NCBI RefSeq assembly: GCF_000012545.1
Contig: NC_007681.1
Span: forward strand, 180,001 to 212,000
Reading direction: 5' to 3'
Source of the DNA: Methanosphaera stadtmanae DSM 3091
Lineage (GTDB): Archaea > Methanobacteriota > Methanobacteria > Methanobacteriales > Methanobacteriaceae
Length of the DNA: 32,000 bases
Shown here: one piece after another, positions 1 to 9,349 of the stretch
Layout of the letters: every line of letters begins with the position of its first letter
Numbering within the stretch: position 1 is the stretch's first letter
The notes under the pieces: generated by a model
Database searches by the model: none
What the model was told of the DNA's origin: nothing
Seen by the model: the letters and a program-made list of their open reading frames with translations, nothing else
Position numbers and translations under genes: made by a program

Positions 1-75
1 GATGAAGAAAAATGTGTAGGATGCGGAGTTTGTGCTGAAGCATGTCCTACACAAGCAATTGAAGAAGTAGCTTAG
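1..75 (+). CDS. 3' end of a 4Fe-4S ferredoxin-domain protein (5' part lies outside the window)
   Basis: Frame 1 reads DEEKCVGCGVCAEACPTQAIEEVA*. CxxCxxCxxxCP is the canonical 4Fe-4S cluster motif. Stop TAG at 73-75. Confidence 0.6.
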   Translation, partial: DEEKCVGCGVCAEACPTQAIEEVA

Positions 76-210
76 ATGCTATTTTCTCAATTCTTTTCTT
101 TTTTAAAAAAAACTACTATTTTTATAAACAAACAATTATAACTAATTATTTCTATAAACAAACTAAACTCATTCTAAAAAAACTATTTTTCAAAAATATA
201 TTCATATAAA

Positions 211-229
211 TAAAAAAAATAAAAAAAGG
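211..229 (-). terminator. Oligo-T tract (T7-A-T8 on the minus strand) downstream of the symporter/small-ORF unit
   Basis: Plus strand has A8 (212-219), t, A7 (221-227), 18-33 nt after the small ORF stop at 245. Archaeal termination typically occurs at oligo-T runs. Confidence 0.4.
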
Positions 230-244
230 GAAATCTTCATATAC

Positions 245-358
245 TTATTCTTTATTCCAGTTTAGTGCTCCATAAATAACACAAATAAGTGTGATAATTA
301 TACATGAAAGATAAGCCCCAAGTATTGAAGCATCTGAAAGACCTAAAATAGTAATCAT
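245..358 (-). CDS. 37-aa single-TM peptide, symporter small accessory protein-like (not in the supplied ORF track)
   Basis: ATG at 358, TAA at 247-245. Translation: MITILGLSDASILGAYLSCIIITLICVIYGALNWNKE. The ATG lies 2 nt after the symporter stop. SD-like GAGGAAGGTG sits inside the symporter 3' end. The hydrophobic core plus C-terminal NWNK(E/G) resembles small peptides encoded next to sodium:solute symporters in bacteria. Confidence 0.55.
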   Translation of the reverse strand: MITILGLSDASILGAYLSCIIITLICVIYGALNWNKE

Positions 359-360
359 TC

Positions 361-1947
361 TTAAGCACCTTCCTCAGCCTTAAACATTTTCTCAATAGCA
401 ATTTCTTCCTCTTTACTATTTTTAGTAAGAAGAGATACTCCTATTGTGAATATAAATGCTATTGGTAGGGCAATAACCATAGGATCCACGTAAGGCCATG
501 GCATACCACTAAATAATACTGCTTTTCCTGTTAGGAATTTACAAATACCAAGACCTGCTGCAACCTTTTTATAAGTGAATAGTAGGCAGAATAAACTACT
601 TACAGTTCCACTAACAATACCTGCAATAGCTCCAAGTTTGGTTGTACGTTTCCAGAAAAGAGCACATAAATACACTGGTAAAAATGCAACAGCACAGATT
701 CCAAAGAAAATACTAGTACCAGTAGCAACAATATTTCCCGGTAAAATATATGCTAGTACAACAGCAATAATAATGGCAATTAATATTCCTATACGCGTAA
801 TTCTAAGACTACTTCTATTTTTAATTGCACAATACACATCATGAGCAATGGATGAACCTTGAACATGGAATTGTGTACTTATTGTACTCATAGCTGCAGA
901 AAGTAGGGTTAACAAGAATATGTATGTAAACCATTTAGGCATTGCACTGTTAATAAATGTTGGAATAATCTTATCTACATTTCCACCAGCAGCTTGAATT
1001 GCAATTTGTCCTGTTGTTTGATAGAAGTAAACATTTGAAAGAGCACCTACAACATATGCAGTGAATGTTGTTACAAATATGAATATTCCACCTACAAGAA
1101 CTGCCCTGTTTAATTCCTTATTACTTTTAACTGTCATGAAACGAACAGCAAGTTGAGGTTGAGCTATAGCTCCAATACCCACACCTAATATTATTGATGA
1201 AACTAAGTTCCACCAGAATGGGCTTCCTGTTGTAGGAAAAGTCGTCCAACCAGTTGCACCAGTTACTTTTGCACTTTCTGGGAAAAGTGGTGCCATACTA
1301 CTTAATAATTCATGTGCATGGGTAACTCCTCCAAGCATTGAATAAATACTTATAAGTAATATAAGCATTCCTAAAAACATTATTGTACCTTGTAAGGCAT
1401 CTGTATACATTACTCCTTTTATTCCACCAAAGATTACATAGAATCCAATGATAATTGCTAATATAAGGATAGCTAAGTTAAAATCAATATTAATAGTAGT
1501 TTCTACAAATCTAGCAGCTCCAATTAACACACTGGCTGCATAGATTGGCATTGTTAGAAATATTAGAAGACCACTAAAATATTGGATAAATTTACTGTTA
1601 AATCTCTTGGAAAGAAATTCTGGAAAAGTTAAAGCATTTAAGTACTGTCCCATTTTACGAGTAGGTTTACCAAATATTACAAATGCAATAAATATACCTA
1701 CTGCTATATTTAAAAATACTAACCATAATATACCTAGACCATTAGTTCCAGCAAGTCCACCAAAACCAACAATAGCTGCAGTACTAATGAATGTAGCACC
1801 ATAACTTAAGGCCATAATATAAGAATTAGATTGACGTCCAGCAACAAGATAATCTTCACTATTACTTGTATGTTTCCATGCGATATATCCTACCAGAATC
1901 ATTAAAGCAACATATACTATGATAAGTATTGCTAATAAATAATCCAT
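361..1947 (-). CDS. Sodium:solute symporter (SSS/SSF) family transporter
   Basis: 528-aa polytopic membrane ORF. The N-terminus (...WKHTSNSEDYLVAGRQ...ALSYGATFISTAAIVGFGG) is typical of the SSF family. GGAG SD lies 5 nt before the ATG. Confidence 0.9.
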   Translation of the reverse strand: MDYLLAILIIVYVALMILVGYIAWKHTSNSEDYLVAGRQSNSYIMALSYGATFISTAAIVGFGGLAGTNGLGILWLVFLNIAVGIFIAFVIFGKPTRKMGQYLNALTFPEFLSKRFNSKFIQYFSGLLIFLTMPIYAASVLIGAARFVETTINIDFNLAILILAIIIGFYVIFGGIKGVMYTDALQGTIMFLGMLILLISIYSMLGGVTHAHELLSSMAPLFPESAKVTGATGWTTFPTTGSPFWWNLVSSIILGVGIGAIAQPQLAVRFMTVKSNKELNRAVLVGGIFIFVTTFTAYVVGALSNVYFYQTTGQIAIQAAGGNVDKIIPTFINSAMPKWFTYIFLLTLLSAAMSTISTQFHVQGSSIAHDVYCAIKNRSSLRITRIGILIAIIIAVVLAYILPGNIVATGTSIFFGICAVAFLPVYLCALFWKRTTKLGAIAGIVSGTVSSLFCLLFTYKKVAAGLGICKFLTGKAVLFSGMPWPYVDPMVIALPIAFIFTIGVSLLTKNSKEEEIAIEKMFKAEEGA

Positions 1948-2094
1948 TATATCTCCTTTTATTTTAATTTTATAATAATATATTTATATTTAATTGCTAT
2001 TATTTCTTTTTAAAATAATGAATTATTATTCTTTTACTCAGTGATTAATTTAAAATAAATAGATTATAATGATTTTATTTAAAATAATTTACAT

Positions 2095-2119
2095 AAAAAA
2101 AAGTATTGGAAAAATACTT
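2095..2119 (-). terminator. Hairpin plus T-tract at the araC-like stop codon
   Basis: Minus strand reads AAGTATT-tttcc-AATACTT, a 7-bp stem with 5-nt loop (2101-2119), followed by a T-run (A8 on the plus strand, 2095-2102). It separates the regulator from the symporter. Confidence 0.35.
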
Positions 2120-3116
2120 ACTTATTTTTCCTATAACTTGAAGGTAGAGCTCCCATCTCTTTTTTAAAAGCTTTTGAAAACTTACTACTACTTTTATATC
2201 CTACCATGTTTGCAATTTTAGCTATTGGATAATCTGTGTTTTTAATTAATTCTTTTGCTCTGTGGAATTTATATTCCCTATACCATGTATATAATGGTTT
2301 ACCATACATATCTCTAAAACAATTTTTTAGTGTTGTTAGGTTAATTCCATATGTTACAGACAACACATCAAGTGATACATAACTTGCAATATCACGGGAG
2401 AGAGCATTTTTAATCTTTCTAACAACTCTTATTTGTGCATCAGAGTATGTTGGTGATTCAATTCTATTTTTTTCTATTTTTGAAATGTATGTTAATCCAA
2501 TTAATTCTAAGGTCTTTAATTGAACATACATATGTTTTGGTAGTTTGTTGTTATCTTTGAAGTGGATAATTTGTTGTAGTACTTCTTTTATATCTTCACT
2601 ACTTTCAAAGGTGATGTTGTTTGTATGATATATAAAGTCATATATTGTTTTAATTATCCTACTATACTCAGACATATAATTATCTTTATTATATTTTAGG
2701 AATTCTTTTTTATTAATTATTATATGTATAAGTTTAGAATCTGTTATATGATTAAATATGGTTCTTTTATCTCTATTTAGGTAGATGTGTGTGTCTCCTT
2801 CTTTCATAAACATAAATTTATCATTATCTGCAGGTATTTGGCACTGTCCTTCAACTAAATAGTTTATTAATAAGAATTCTTCCTCTCTACTAAATCTAAA
2901 TATGATGTCATCCTGTGTATATCTTTCAATAATTCTAACATCATTTTCAGCAAGATATAATCCAGGTAACACAGTATAACATTTAAAATCTAAGGAGATT
3001 ATGTTTTGCTTTTTCAAAGAGATCTTCACTGAATTGTCTGTTCTTGTTATTGTTGTATAAGGTATATAATTTTCACTTATGGAAATGCCTTTTACTAGGC
3101 TTTTATCTGTACTCAT
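2118..3116 (-). CDS. AraC/XylS-family transcriptional regulator
   Basis: 332 aa. The C-terminal ~100 aa carry the double HTH signature of AraC regulators (...VSLDVLSVTYGINLTTLKNCFRDMYGKPLYTWYREYKFHRAKELIKNTDYPIAKIANMVGYKSSSKFSKAFKKEMGALPSSYR). The N-terminal ~220 aa are a putative ligand-binding domain. Confidence 0.85.
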   Translation of the reverse strand: MSTDKSLVKGISISENYIPYTTITRTDNSVKISLKKQNIISLDFKCYTVLPGLYLAENDVRIIERYTQDDIIFRFSREEEFLLINYLVEGQCQIPADNDKFMFMKEGDTHIYLNRDKRTIFNHITDSKLIHIIINKKEFLKYNKDNYMSEYSRIIKTIYDFIYHTNNITFESSEDIKEVLQQIIHFKDNNKLPKHMYVQLKTLELIGLTYISKIEKNRIESPTYSDAQIRVVRKIKNALSRDIASYVSLDVLSVTYGINLTTLKNCFRDMYGKPLYTWYREYKFHRAKELIKNTDYPIAKIANMVGYKSSSKFSKAFKKEMGALPSSYRKNK

Positions 3117-3853
3117 TATAATCTCTCATCTTAATTTTTTTTATATTATAATATTATGTATTTGGTATTATTAAAAATATTGATTTTTTTATTAAATTTT
3201 CAAAAATTAGTAATATTTCTATAATTTAAAATATTGATAAATTCAATTAAAAAAAAGTATGTAGGGTTATATTTTTTTCCATAAAAAATATAAAAAAAAG
3301 AGAAGGATAATGATAGTTTTATTTTTTTATCTCAACGTATTTCCCTTTTATAAAAATAGAAACTTAGGAAGAATGTTTTTAGGTTTGAGAATAGAGTTTC
3401 TATTTTTTGTTGTTAGGATAATTATTGCAATCATTACTTTATATTTATTTAATATAAACGTCTTCTTTAATTTTAATGAAATAACTATTTATTTTATTTA
3501 GATGAAACATGTTTATAACATATTAATTTTAACTAATTCTTTTTTGTTATTATTTACTTCTAGAATAATAACTACGAGGTTTAACAAAAATTTCTTTTTG
3601 TTATTAATAGGTTGTTTTTAATAGTATATAAATTATACCCTATTTATCATTATTAAACATTATAATTATTAAATAAAAATAAATAAGTATAATATTGAAA
3701 TATTAGTTAATAATCTTCTAATATTAATATAAAATATTATTAAATTATTTTAAATTAAATAAATGAATTTAATAACTATATTTTAAAATTAAATCAGTAT
3801 AAAATTATAATGATTTATAATGATATATTGACAATTTCCAAAAAAAATATTAA

Positions 3854-6439
3854 TCATATTTTTCTTGTATTGTTCTTGTTTATCTTATTGATAATAGCCT
3901 CATGCATACGTCTTATAAATTCACCTCTATCCTCATACTTTAAAACATCCAAATATCCACGTGATACTAAATTAAAAGCAAATGGTGTTGGGATAGTCGT
4001 GCTAACAGTTTTAATAATTATTTCCTTATTTTCAATACGACTTAAAACTTCCTCAGCACTATTAACATCCATATAATCCTCAATAACCTCACGTCTAGCC
4101 TCATTGAGAATTGCAAAGTCATCATCAATTTCCCTTACAAAATTAAGTAAAATCTTACTCGTTACTTGTTGACGACCAACACTCTTTTCATGTCCCTTAT
4201 AACGACGTAAAATCATTAAAGATCTATTTGCACAATCTCTAAATCTGCTGGCAAGTGTTTCTGTCTTATCAATAGCTTCAATAAGTATTTCTCTTAAATT
4301 ATCACTATTTAGTTCCTCAAAGGCTTCAACACCACCAATCTTTGAATCACTACTTAAATAAAATCCATTATCATCAATACTAATCATAATATCATGATGA
4401 TATCGTCTAGATATGATGTATGCTACTGCACGACTAAGAGCATCATTAACACGTCTACCATAGAGACAGTGGAAAACAACAAATTTTCTACCACCAAATC
4501 CAGTATAATACTCTACTAATAACTTATTCTTAGATGGAATTTCACTATACAAGTACTGTTCTAAGAAGTAATAATAGATAGATTTTGCAGAATTCTCATC
4601 AACATACAAGTAATTCTTAATATACTCTATAATCTCACTTTCAGAAATATCACTGGATAACTTCCAATCCATAATGGCCCTGAAGTTTTGAATAGACACA
4701 GCCAAATCATATGATAATGGAAGTTGTTCTGAAACCCATGAGGGAATACTTGGAGTAGAACTACTTGGAATAACACTAACTGTCATACCACGTGCATACA
4801 TGAATTTATAAACACGTCCACCAAGAGTAAATGTATCACCTTTATGCAGACGTTCCATAAAATCTCCATCAATACTTCCAATAACCTTTCCATTACATTT
4901 AACTCTTGCATGACTACGTGAGGCAATAGTACCAATATTTGTTGAATAAAGAACTCTTGCAAGCTTGCCACGTTTTCCAAAGGTATTACTATCCCAGTCA
5001 ACCCATATTTTAGCATAAACATATCTTTGTTCAAGTTTAGTGTATTCACCTGCAAGATATCTTAAAACCTGTTCATAGGACTCCCATGAAAGATCATGAT
5101 ATGGCATTGCCTGTTTTATTAGATTATAAACCTGTTTTATATTCTGTTTATGTTCAATACTAATACCATAAATATGTTGGGATAATACATCAAGACAATT
5201 CATTGGAATATTTATTTTATCAACATTTCCCTCAAGAGCATTCTTAAGTATCAAACTACATTCAACAAGATCATCCCTATTTACAACAACAAGTCTTCCC
5301 TTAGATTTTTCATGAAGTCTATGTCCACTTCTACCAATTCTCTGAAGAGCACGTGAAACAGATTTAGGAGAACTAATAAGAATTACAAGATCGATATATC
5401 CAATATCAATACCTAATTCTAGGGAGGTACTACTTACAACAACTTTCAAATTCCCTTTTTTAAGATTTTCCTCAGTTTCAAGTCGAACTTCCTTTGAAAG
5501 AGATGAATGATGTGCCATAACATTTTTTGAACTATAATACTTTGGATATTTGCTTGTTAATTTATATGAAACACTCTCAGCACCACTTCTAGTGTTTGTG
5601 AATATGAGTGTTGTTTCATGTTTTTGAATTAGATTATGAAGCATACTATATAATTTATCATTCAATGTTTCAACATCTGTTTCAATAATATTTTCCACAG
5701 GACAAAGTACTTTCATATCTAATTTTTTCAAGTAATTTACATTTACTATTTCACAAGGTCTTGGTTGTCCATAGAAATATCCAACAAGAAAGTTTGCAAT
5801 ACTTCTAGGTGGATTTACAGTTGCACTTAAACCAATACGAGTAAAACCGCCAGTAAGTTCTTCTAGTCTTTCTAAAGTAAGACTAAGATGTGTGCCCCTT
5901 TTATTTTCGGCAAGAGAATGTATTTCATCAACAATAACATAACTCACATCTCTTAGTTTTTCCCTAAATTTTGGTGCAACAAGAAGTATTGATAAGGTTT
6001 CAGGAGTTGTAATGAGAATATGTGGGGGATGTTTTAGCATTTTAGAACGTTGATATTGGGTTGTGTCTCCTGTACGTACAGCTTGTCTAATACCAAGATC
6101 ATATCCTGCTTCTTTATTAATACCTTCAAGTGGAGCTTCTAAATTTTTTGAAATATCATTATCAAGAGCTTTTAGTGGAGAGATGTAAATACAGTAAACC
6201 TTTTCTTCAAGCATTCCCCTTTGACTAAGACTTGTAAGACCAGAAAGTATTGCAAGAAATGCTGTTAGAGTTTTACCAGAACCTGTTGGTGAGAGAACCA
6301 GTATGTTTTGTCCACTTGTAATAGAAGGTATTGCCTGTCTTTGTGCATCAGTAAATGTTTCAAATGAACTTTTAAACCACTTACTAACAAAGGGGTGTAG
6401 TAATTTATGAATTTCATCATCAGTATATGTTTTTGTCAA
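3854..6439 (-). CDS. lhr: Lhr-core type ATP-dependent DNA helicase (SF2, DEAH)
   Basis: 861 aa. Helicase motifs seen: SPTGSGKT (I), VIVDEIHSL (II), LSATV (III), [12 protein letters not shown] (V), QRIGRSGH (VI). A long Lhr-type C-terminal extension follows. TTG start at 6439, 16 nt after the upstream MPE stop. Confidence 0.9.
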   Translation of the reverse strand: MTKTYTDDEIHKLLHPFVSKWFKSSFETFTDAQRQAIPSITSGQNILVLSPTGSGKTLTAFLAILSGLTSLSQRGMLEEKVYCIYISPLKALDNDISKNLEAPLEGINKEAGYDLGIRQAVRTGDTTQYQRSKMLKHPPHILITTPETLSILLVAPKFREKLRDVSYVIVDEIHSLAENKRGTHLSLTLERLEELTGGFTRIGLSATVNPPRSIANFLVGYFYGQPRPCEIVNVNYLKKLDMKVLCPVENIIETDVETLNDKLYSMLHNLIQKHETTLIFTNTRSGAESVSYKLTSKYPKYYSSKNVMAHHSSLSKEVRLETEENLKKGNLKVVVSSTSLELGIDIGYIDLVILISSPKSVSRALQRIGRSGHRLHEKSKGRLVVVNRDDLVECSLILKNALEGNVDKINIPMNCLDVLSQHIYGISIEHKQNIKQVYNLIKQAMPYHDLSWESYEQVLRYLAGEYTKLEQRYVYAKIWVDWDSNTFGKRGKLARVLYSTNIGTIASRSHARVKCNGKVIGSIDGDFMERLHKGDTFTLGGRVYKFMYARGMTVSVIPSSSTPSIPSWVSEQLPLSYDLAVSIQNFRAIMDWKLSSDISESEIIEYIKNYLYVDENSAKSIYYYFLEQYLYSEIPSKNKLLVEYYTGFGGRKFVVFHCLYGRRVNDALSRAVAYIISRRYHHDIMISIDDNGFYLSSDSKIGGVEAFEELNSDNLREILIEAIDKTETLASRFRDCANRSLMILRRYKGHEKSVGRQQVTSKILLNFVREIDDDFAILNEARREVIEDYMDVNSAEEVLSRIENKEIIIKTVSTTIPTPFAFNLVSRGYLDVLKYEDRGEFIRRMHEAIINKINKNNTRKI

Positions 6440-6455
6440 AATAGAATCATCTCTC

Positions 6456-7190
6456 TTAATAATTGTTTAATTCATGATTTATGGATATTATATCCTTAAC
6501 ATATCCAAATGGATAAATATCTCCCTCTTCAACAGCAATAACTTCAAAATTATTAATATCCTCTATAAAGGGGGAGATTGTTTTTTCATGTAATATATCA
6601 GAACCATAACTTATCTGTGTAAATGATGGAATAACAATTAGGTTATAATTCTGCCAAGTTCCCTTTAGGTATGTTTTTATTTTTTCAACACGTCTACCAC
6701 TACAAATACTGATACATGGATGTTCATGTCCTATTATTATTGTTTTAATATTTTCTGGTATTTCCTGTGGTAATTCATGTCCATGTGTTATATAGTAGTT
6801 ATCAATAATCATATGATTTTTCAGGTGTAGATTTCTCTTATTTAAGATGTATTGTGTGAAGTTATCATGGTTTCCCTTTATAATATCTATGTCAATAAAT
6901 ATATCTTGAAGGTAGTCTATGAAGCTTAACACTTCTCTCCACTCTTGTTTATCTATCCTTCCAAAGTTATGTTTAATATCACCATTTAGTATGATACTAC
7001 TAGCTTTGGCCTTTTTTTGTATATTTTCTAACGAATCTATTATTTTATCAAATTGGATTTGGGGAAGCATAAGTCCCTGTTTATTTAATGTAGATTCATA
7101 TCCTAGATGTATATCTGATATTATGAGTGTGTCATTGATTTTCAGTGCTCTATCAATAACTTCAGCTTCATATATTTTAAAGGAATTCAT
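6456..7190 (-). CDS. Calcineurin-like metallophosphoesterase (Mre11/SbcD-related MPE, Lhr partner)
   Basis: 244 aa with the ordered phosphoesterase motifs SDIHLG, NGDIKHN, GNHDN, THGHE, GHEHP. It lies immediately upstream of lhr on the same strand. Confidence 0.8.
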   Translation of the reverse strand: MNSFKIYEAEVIDRALKINDTLIISDIHLGYESTLNKQGLMLPQIQFDKIIDSLENIQKKAKASSIILNGDIKHNFGRIDKQEWREVLSFIDYLQDIFIDIDIIKGNHDNFTQYILNKRNLHLKNHMIIDNYYITHGHELPQEIPENIKTIIIGHEHPCISICSGRRVEKIKTYLKGTWQNYNLIVIPSFTQISYGSDILHEKTISPFIEDINNFEVIAVEEGDIYPFGYVKDIISINHELNNY

Positions 7191-7412
7191 AGTAATATAT
7201 ATTTATTTAATATGTATTATGTCTTTAATAGTCTCTGAGTCACTCTCAGTAACTTAGTTGATTTTTGAATTTTTAAAATTTTCACAAAAACTAGAAATAC
7301 TCTTTAAATAGTTTTAAATTAAAAAGTTACACTTGAAATTATTCTATTATGAAAAATAAGCATAAAAAAGTCTTAGAAAGTCTTTATATAATGAGGAGAG
7401 TATATATTTATA

Positions 7413-8112
7413 TGAAAAACTTAAAAATAAAAGCTCTGAATATTATTTTGAATGACAAACAAATTAAACTTCACGATTTTATAGAAGATTTTTGTAGAAA
7501 TTGAATTTAAGACATTTTTAGAGATAGATAAATCTAAATGTAAATCAAAATCAGTTACAACAGACCTTAAAAAAGAATATGGAAAACCAATAGATAAATT
7601 AATAATGGATCACCAATTTCATGGTTTTAATTACAACAAAAGATAAATAGGGACCTTAAAAAGTTTATTAAAGAAAATATCTTGAATGAAAATGAAACAA
7701 ATAAATTATATCAACAAAAGAAGAGGATAAATTCAATATATGCACAGACTATTAAAAATTCTAGAAAAATACGTGAAGATATTCTAAATAATAAAAAAAA
7801 TTATTATAAACCAATAATAGAAATATGTGAAAAAACTATACAACCATATCTTAAAAACATAAATAAAATTGTGAATATTCAAAAATAGAAAGGACTAGTA
7901 GCCGATTAGAAAATATGTTCCTTAAAATAATGCCAAAACACATAAAAAGAAAAATGAAAACGTTTAAAGGAGCAGAAACACGAGCAAAACTAACACTAGT
8001 ATTTTGGGATTTAAAAAAATATGAAAAGTTATATTCCACTGAACTTCTAACAGTGACGTTTTATACTCTATTTTTAAGTATTATTATTTATAGATATATA
8101 ATCAAAGATTAA
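7413..8112 (+). pseudogene. Series of broken ORFs in three frames; possible transposase/IS remnant
   Basis: Reading continues across stops at about 7503, 7645, 7888 and 7866 only by frame changes. The last segment, ...ERTSSRLENMFLKIMPKHIKRKMKTFKGAETRAKLTLVF..., has spacing like the C-terminal LE-N...F...E...KL motif of IS256/Mutator-type transposases. The direct 12-mer AAAAGTTACACT occurs at 7322-7333 and 8117-8128. Confidence 0.3.
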
Positions 8113-8171
8113 AACTAAAAGTTACACTGTAGTATTTGGTGTATAATTTTAGTATGGAGTTGTATTTTTTT

Positions 8172-8765
8172 ATGACTGAATTAGATACATTGAAAGAAAA
8201 CATGACTAGCGAAGACCATGAAGTTCGTCTAGAAGCATGTAAAGAATTAGTAGATTATCCTACAGATGCAATTGATATATTAATCAACACATTCACTGAT
8301 AAAAATCCTCTTGTAAGATTTCAGGCAGCTAAATCCTTAGCTTCAATAGGTCAAGATTCTATTAAACCATTAATATCTGCACTAAAAAGTGATAATATTT
8401 TAGTTCAAAAATATGTTATTTTGGCTCTAAAAGATATTGGTGATGATACTGTAGCAAAAGAACTTATAAATGCTCTTGGTTCTGAGGATTTTGCTATTAG
8501 AAAGTTTGCAGCAAAGGCACTTGGGGAAATGGAAGTAAAAAGTGCGGTAGACCCTATTATTGAACTTTTAACTGATGATGATTGGGGTGTTAGAACGTCT
8601 GCAACAAAGGCTTTAGGTGATATTAAGGATAAAAAAGCTATTGATCCTATTAAAAAAGCACGAAGGGCAGCAACTGGTGATAAAGACTTTAAAAAGGTTG
8701 CAAACAAAGCTCTTAAAAAAATTGATCCTAAACCTAAGAAGAAAAAAGCTAAATCTAAAAAATAA
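8172..8765 (+). CDS. HEAT-repeat (PBS-lyase HEAT-like) protein with poly-lysine C-terminal tail
   Basis: At least five ~31-aa repeats of the form D..VR..A.kALg.ig...Av.pLi..L.D. The protein ends KKIDPKPKKKKAKSKK. I prefer the ATG at 8172 (or 8154) over the TTG at 8136 used by the ORF track. Confidence 0.8.
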   Translation: MTELDTLKENMTSEDHEVRLEACKELVDYPTDAIDILINTFTDKNPLVRFQAAKSLASIGQDSIKPLISALKSDNILVQKYVILALKDIGDDTVAKELINALGSEDFAIRKFAAKALGEMEVKSAVDPIIELLTDDDWGVRTSATKALGDIKDKKAIDPIKKARRAATGDKDFKKVANKALKKIDPKPKKKKAKSKK

Positions 8766-9262
8766 TATTACTTTTTTCCTATTTTTCATATTTTTTCTAA
8801 AATATCTTATTTTATCCTAACTATAGTGTATGTGTATTTAGTATATGGGGATTGTTTTTCTATAGAATGAAATATTTTTTTATAATTAAGAGCATGTAAT
8901 AATTCTATTTTGTGTTTTCAACAAGATTTTGTTTTACTATGTTTATAATTATCAAATATTTTGTGTTGTTTTCTATAAGTATATTTAATAAAAAGATATA
9001 CAATTAATAGGACAAATAATTGTCACATACTTAATTACTGGAAAAAAGAGTATTTGTTGGATACTCATTAAATATTATTATAGTAAAATTTTAGATTATT
9101 TTTATAAAAATGATTTATTTTCCATTTTTTTTTGAATTTAAGATTAATATTTCTTTTTTTAGTTATGTTTATATACTTTTAAATTTAATATAATTTCATG
9201 GTGTAATTTAAATAGGGATTATATCTGATTATATATGTGTAATATATAATAAAGTAAGAGAG

Positions 9263-9349
9263 GTGATATTTTTGGTTAATAAACAAGGATTTATGTTTCT
9301 TTTTTGTACAGTATTCTTAATATTTGTAGCCTTATCAGCAGTAAATGCA
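9263..9349 (+). other. Predicted signal peptide of the adhesin-like protein
   Basis: Basic n-region (VNKQG), hydrophobic core FMFLFCTVFLIFVALSA, and an AVNA|T cleavage-like site. Confidence 0.55.

Noticed and set aside
3310-3501. 63-aa ORF in the long AT-rich spacer
   Set aside because: It is a Phe/Ile/Asn-rich translation of low-complexity AT DNA with no SD and no family resemblance. It could conceivably be a membrane micro-protein, but nothing supports that.
3117-3853. Replication origin (AT-rich, long intergenic)
   Set aside because: I could identify no ORB-like inverted repeats, and there is no adjacent cdc6/orc1 gene. AT richness alone is uninformative in this genome.
3810-4076. 88-aa plus-strand ORF overlapping the lhr 3' end
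   Set aside because: It overlaps the conserved Lhr C-terminal coding region on the opposite strand and is likely spurious.
6919-7257. 112-aa plus-strand ORF overlapping the MPE gene start
   Set aside because: It is antisense to an ORF carrying all metallophosphoesterase motifs, and it has no recognisable features.
8136-8171. TTG start at 8136 for the HEAT-repeat protein, as in the ORF track
   Set aside because: The extra 12 residues (MVYNFSMELYFF) are hydrophobic and unlike the rest of the protein. The in-frame ATGs at 8154 and 8172 are more plausible. The start remains uncertain.
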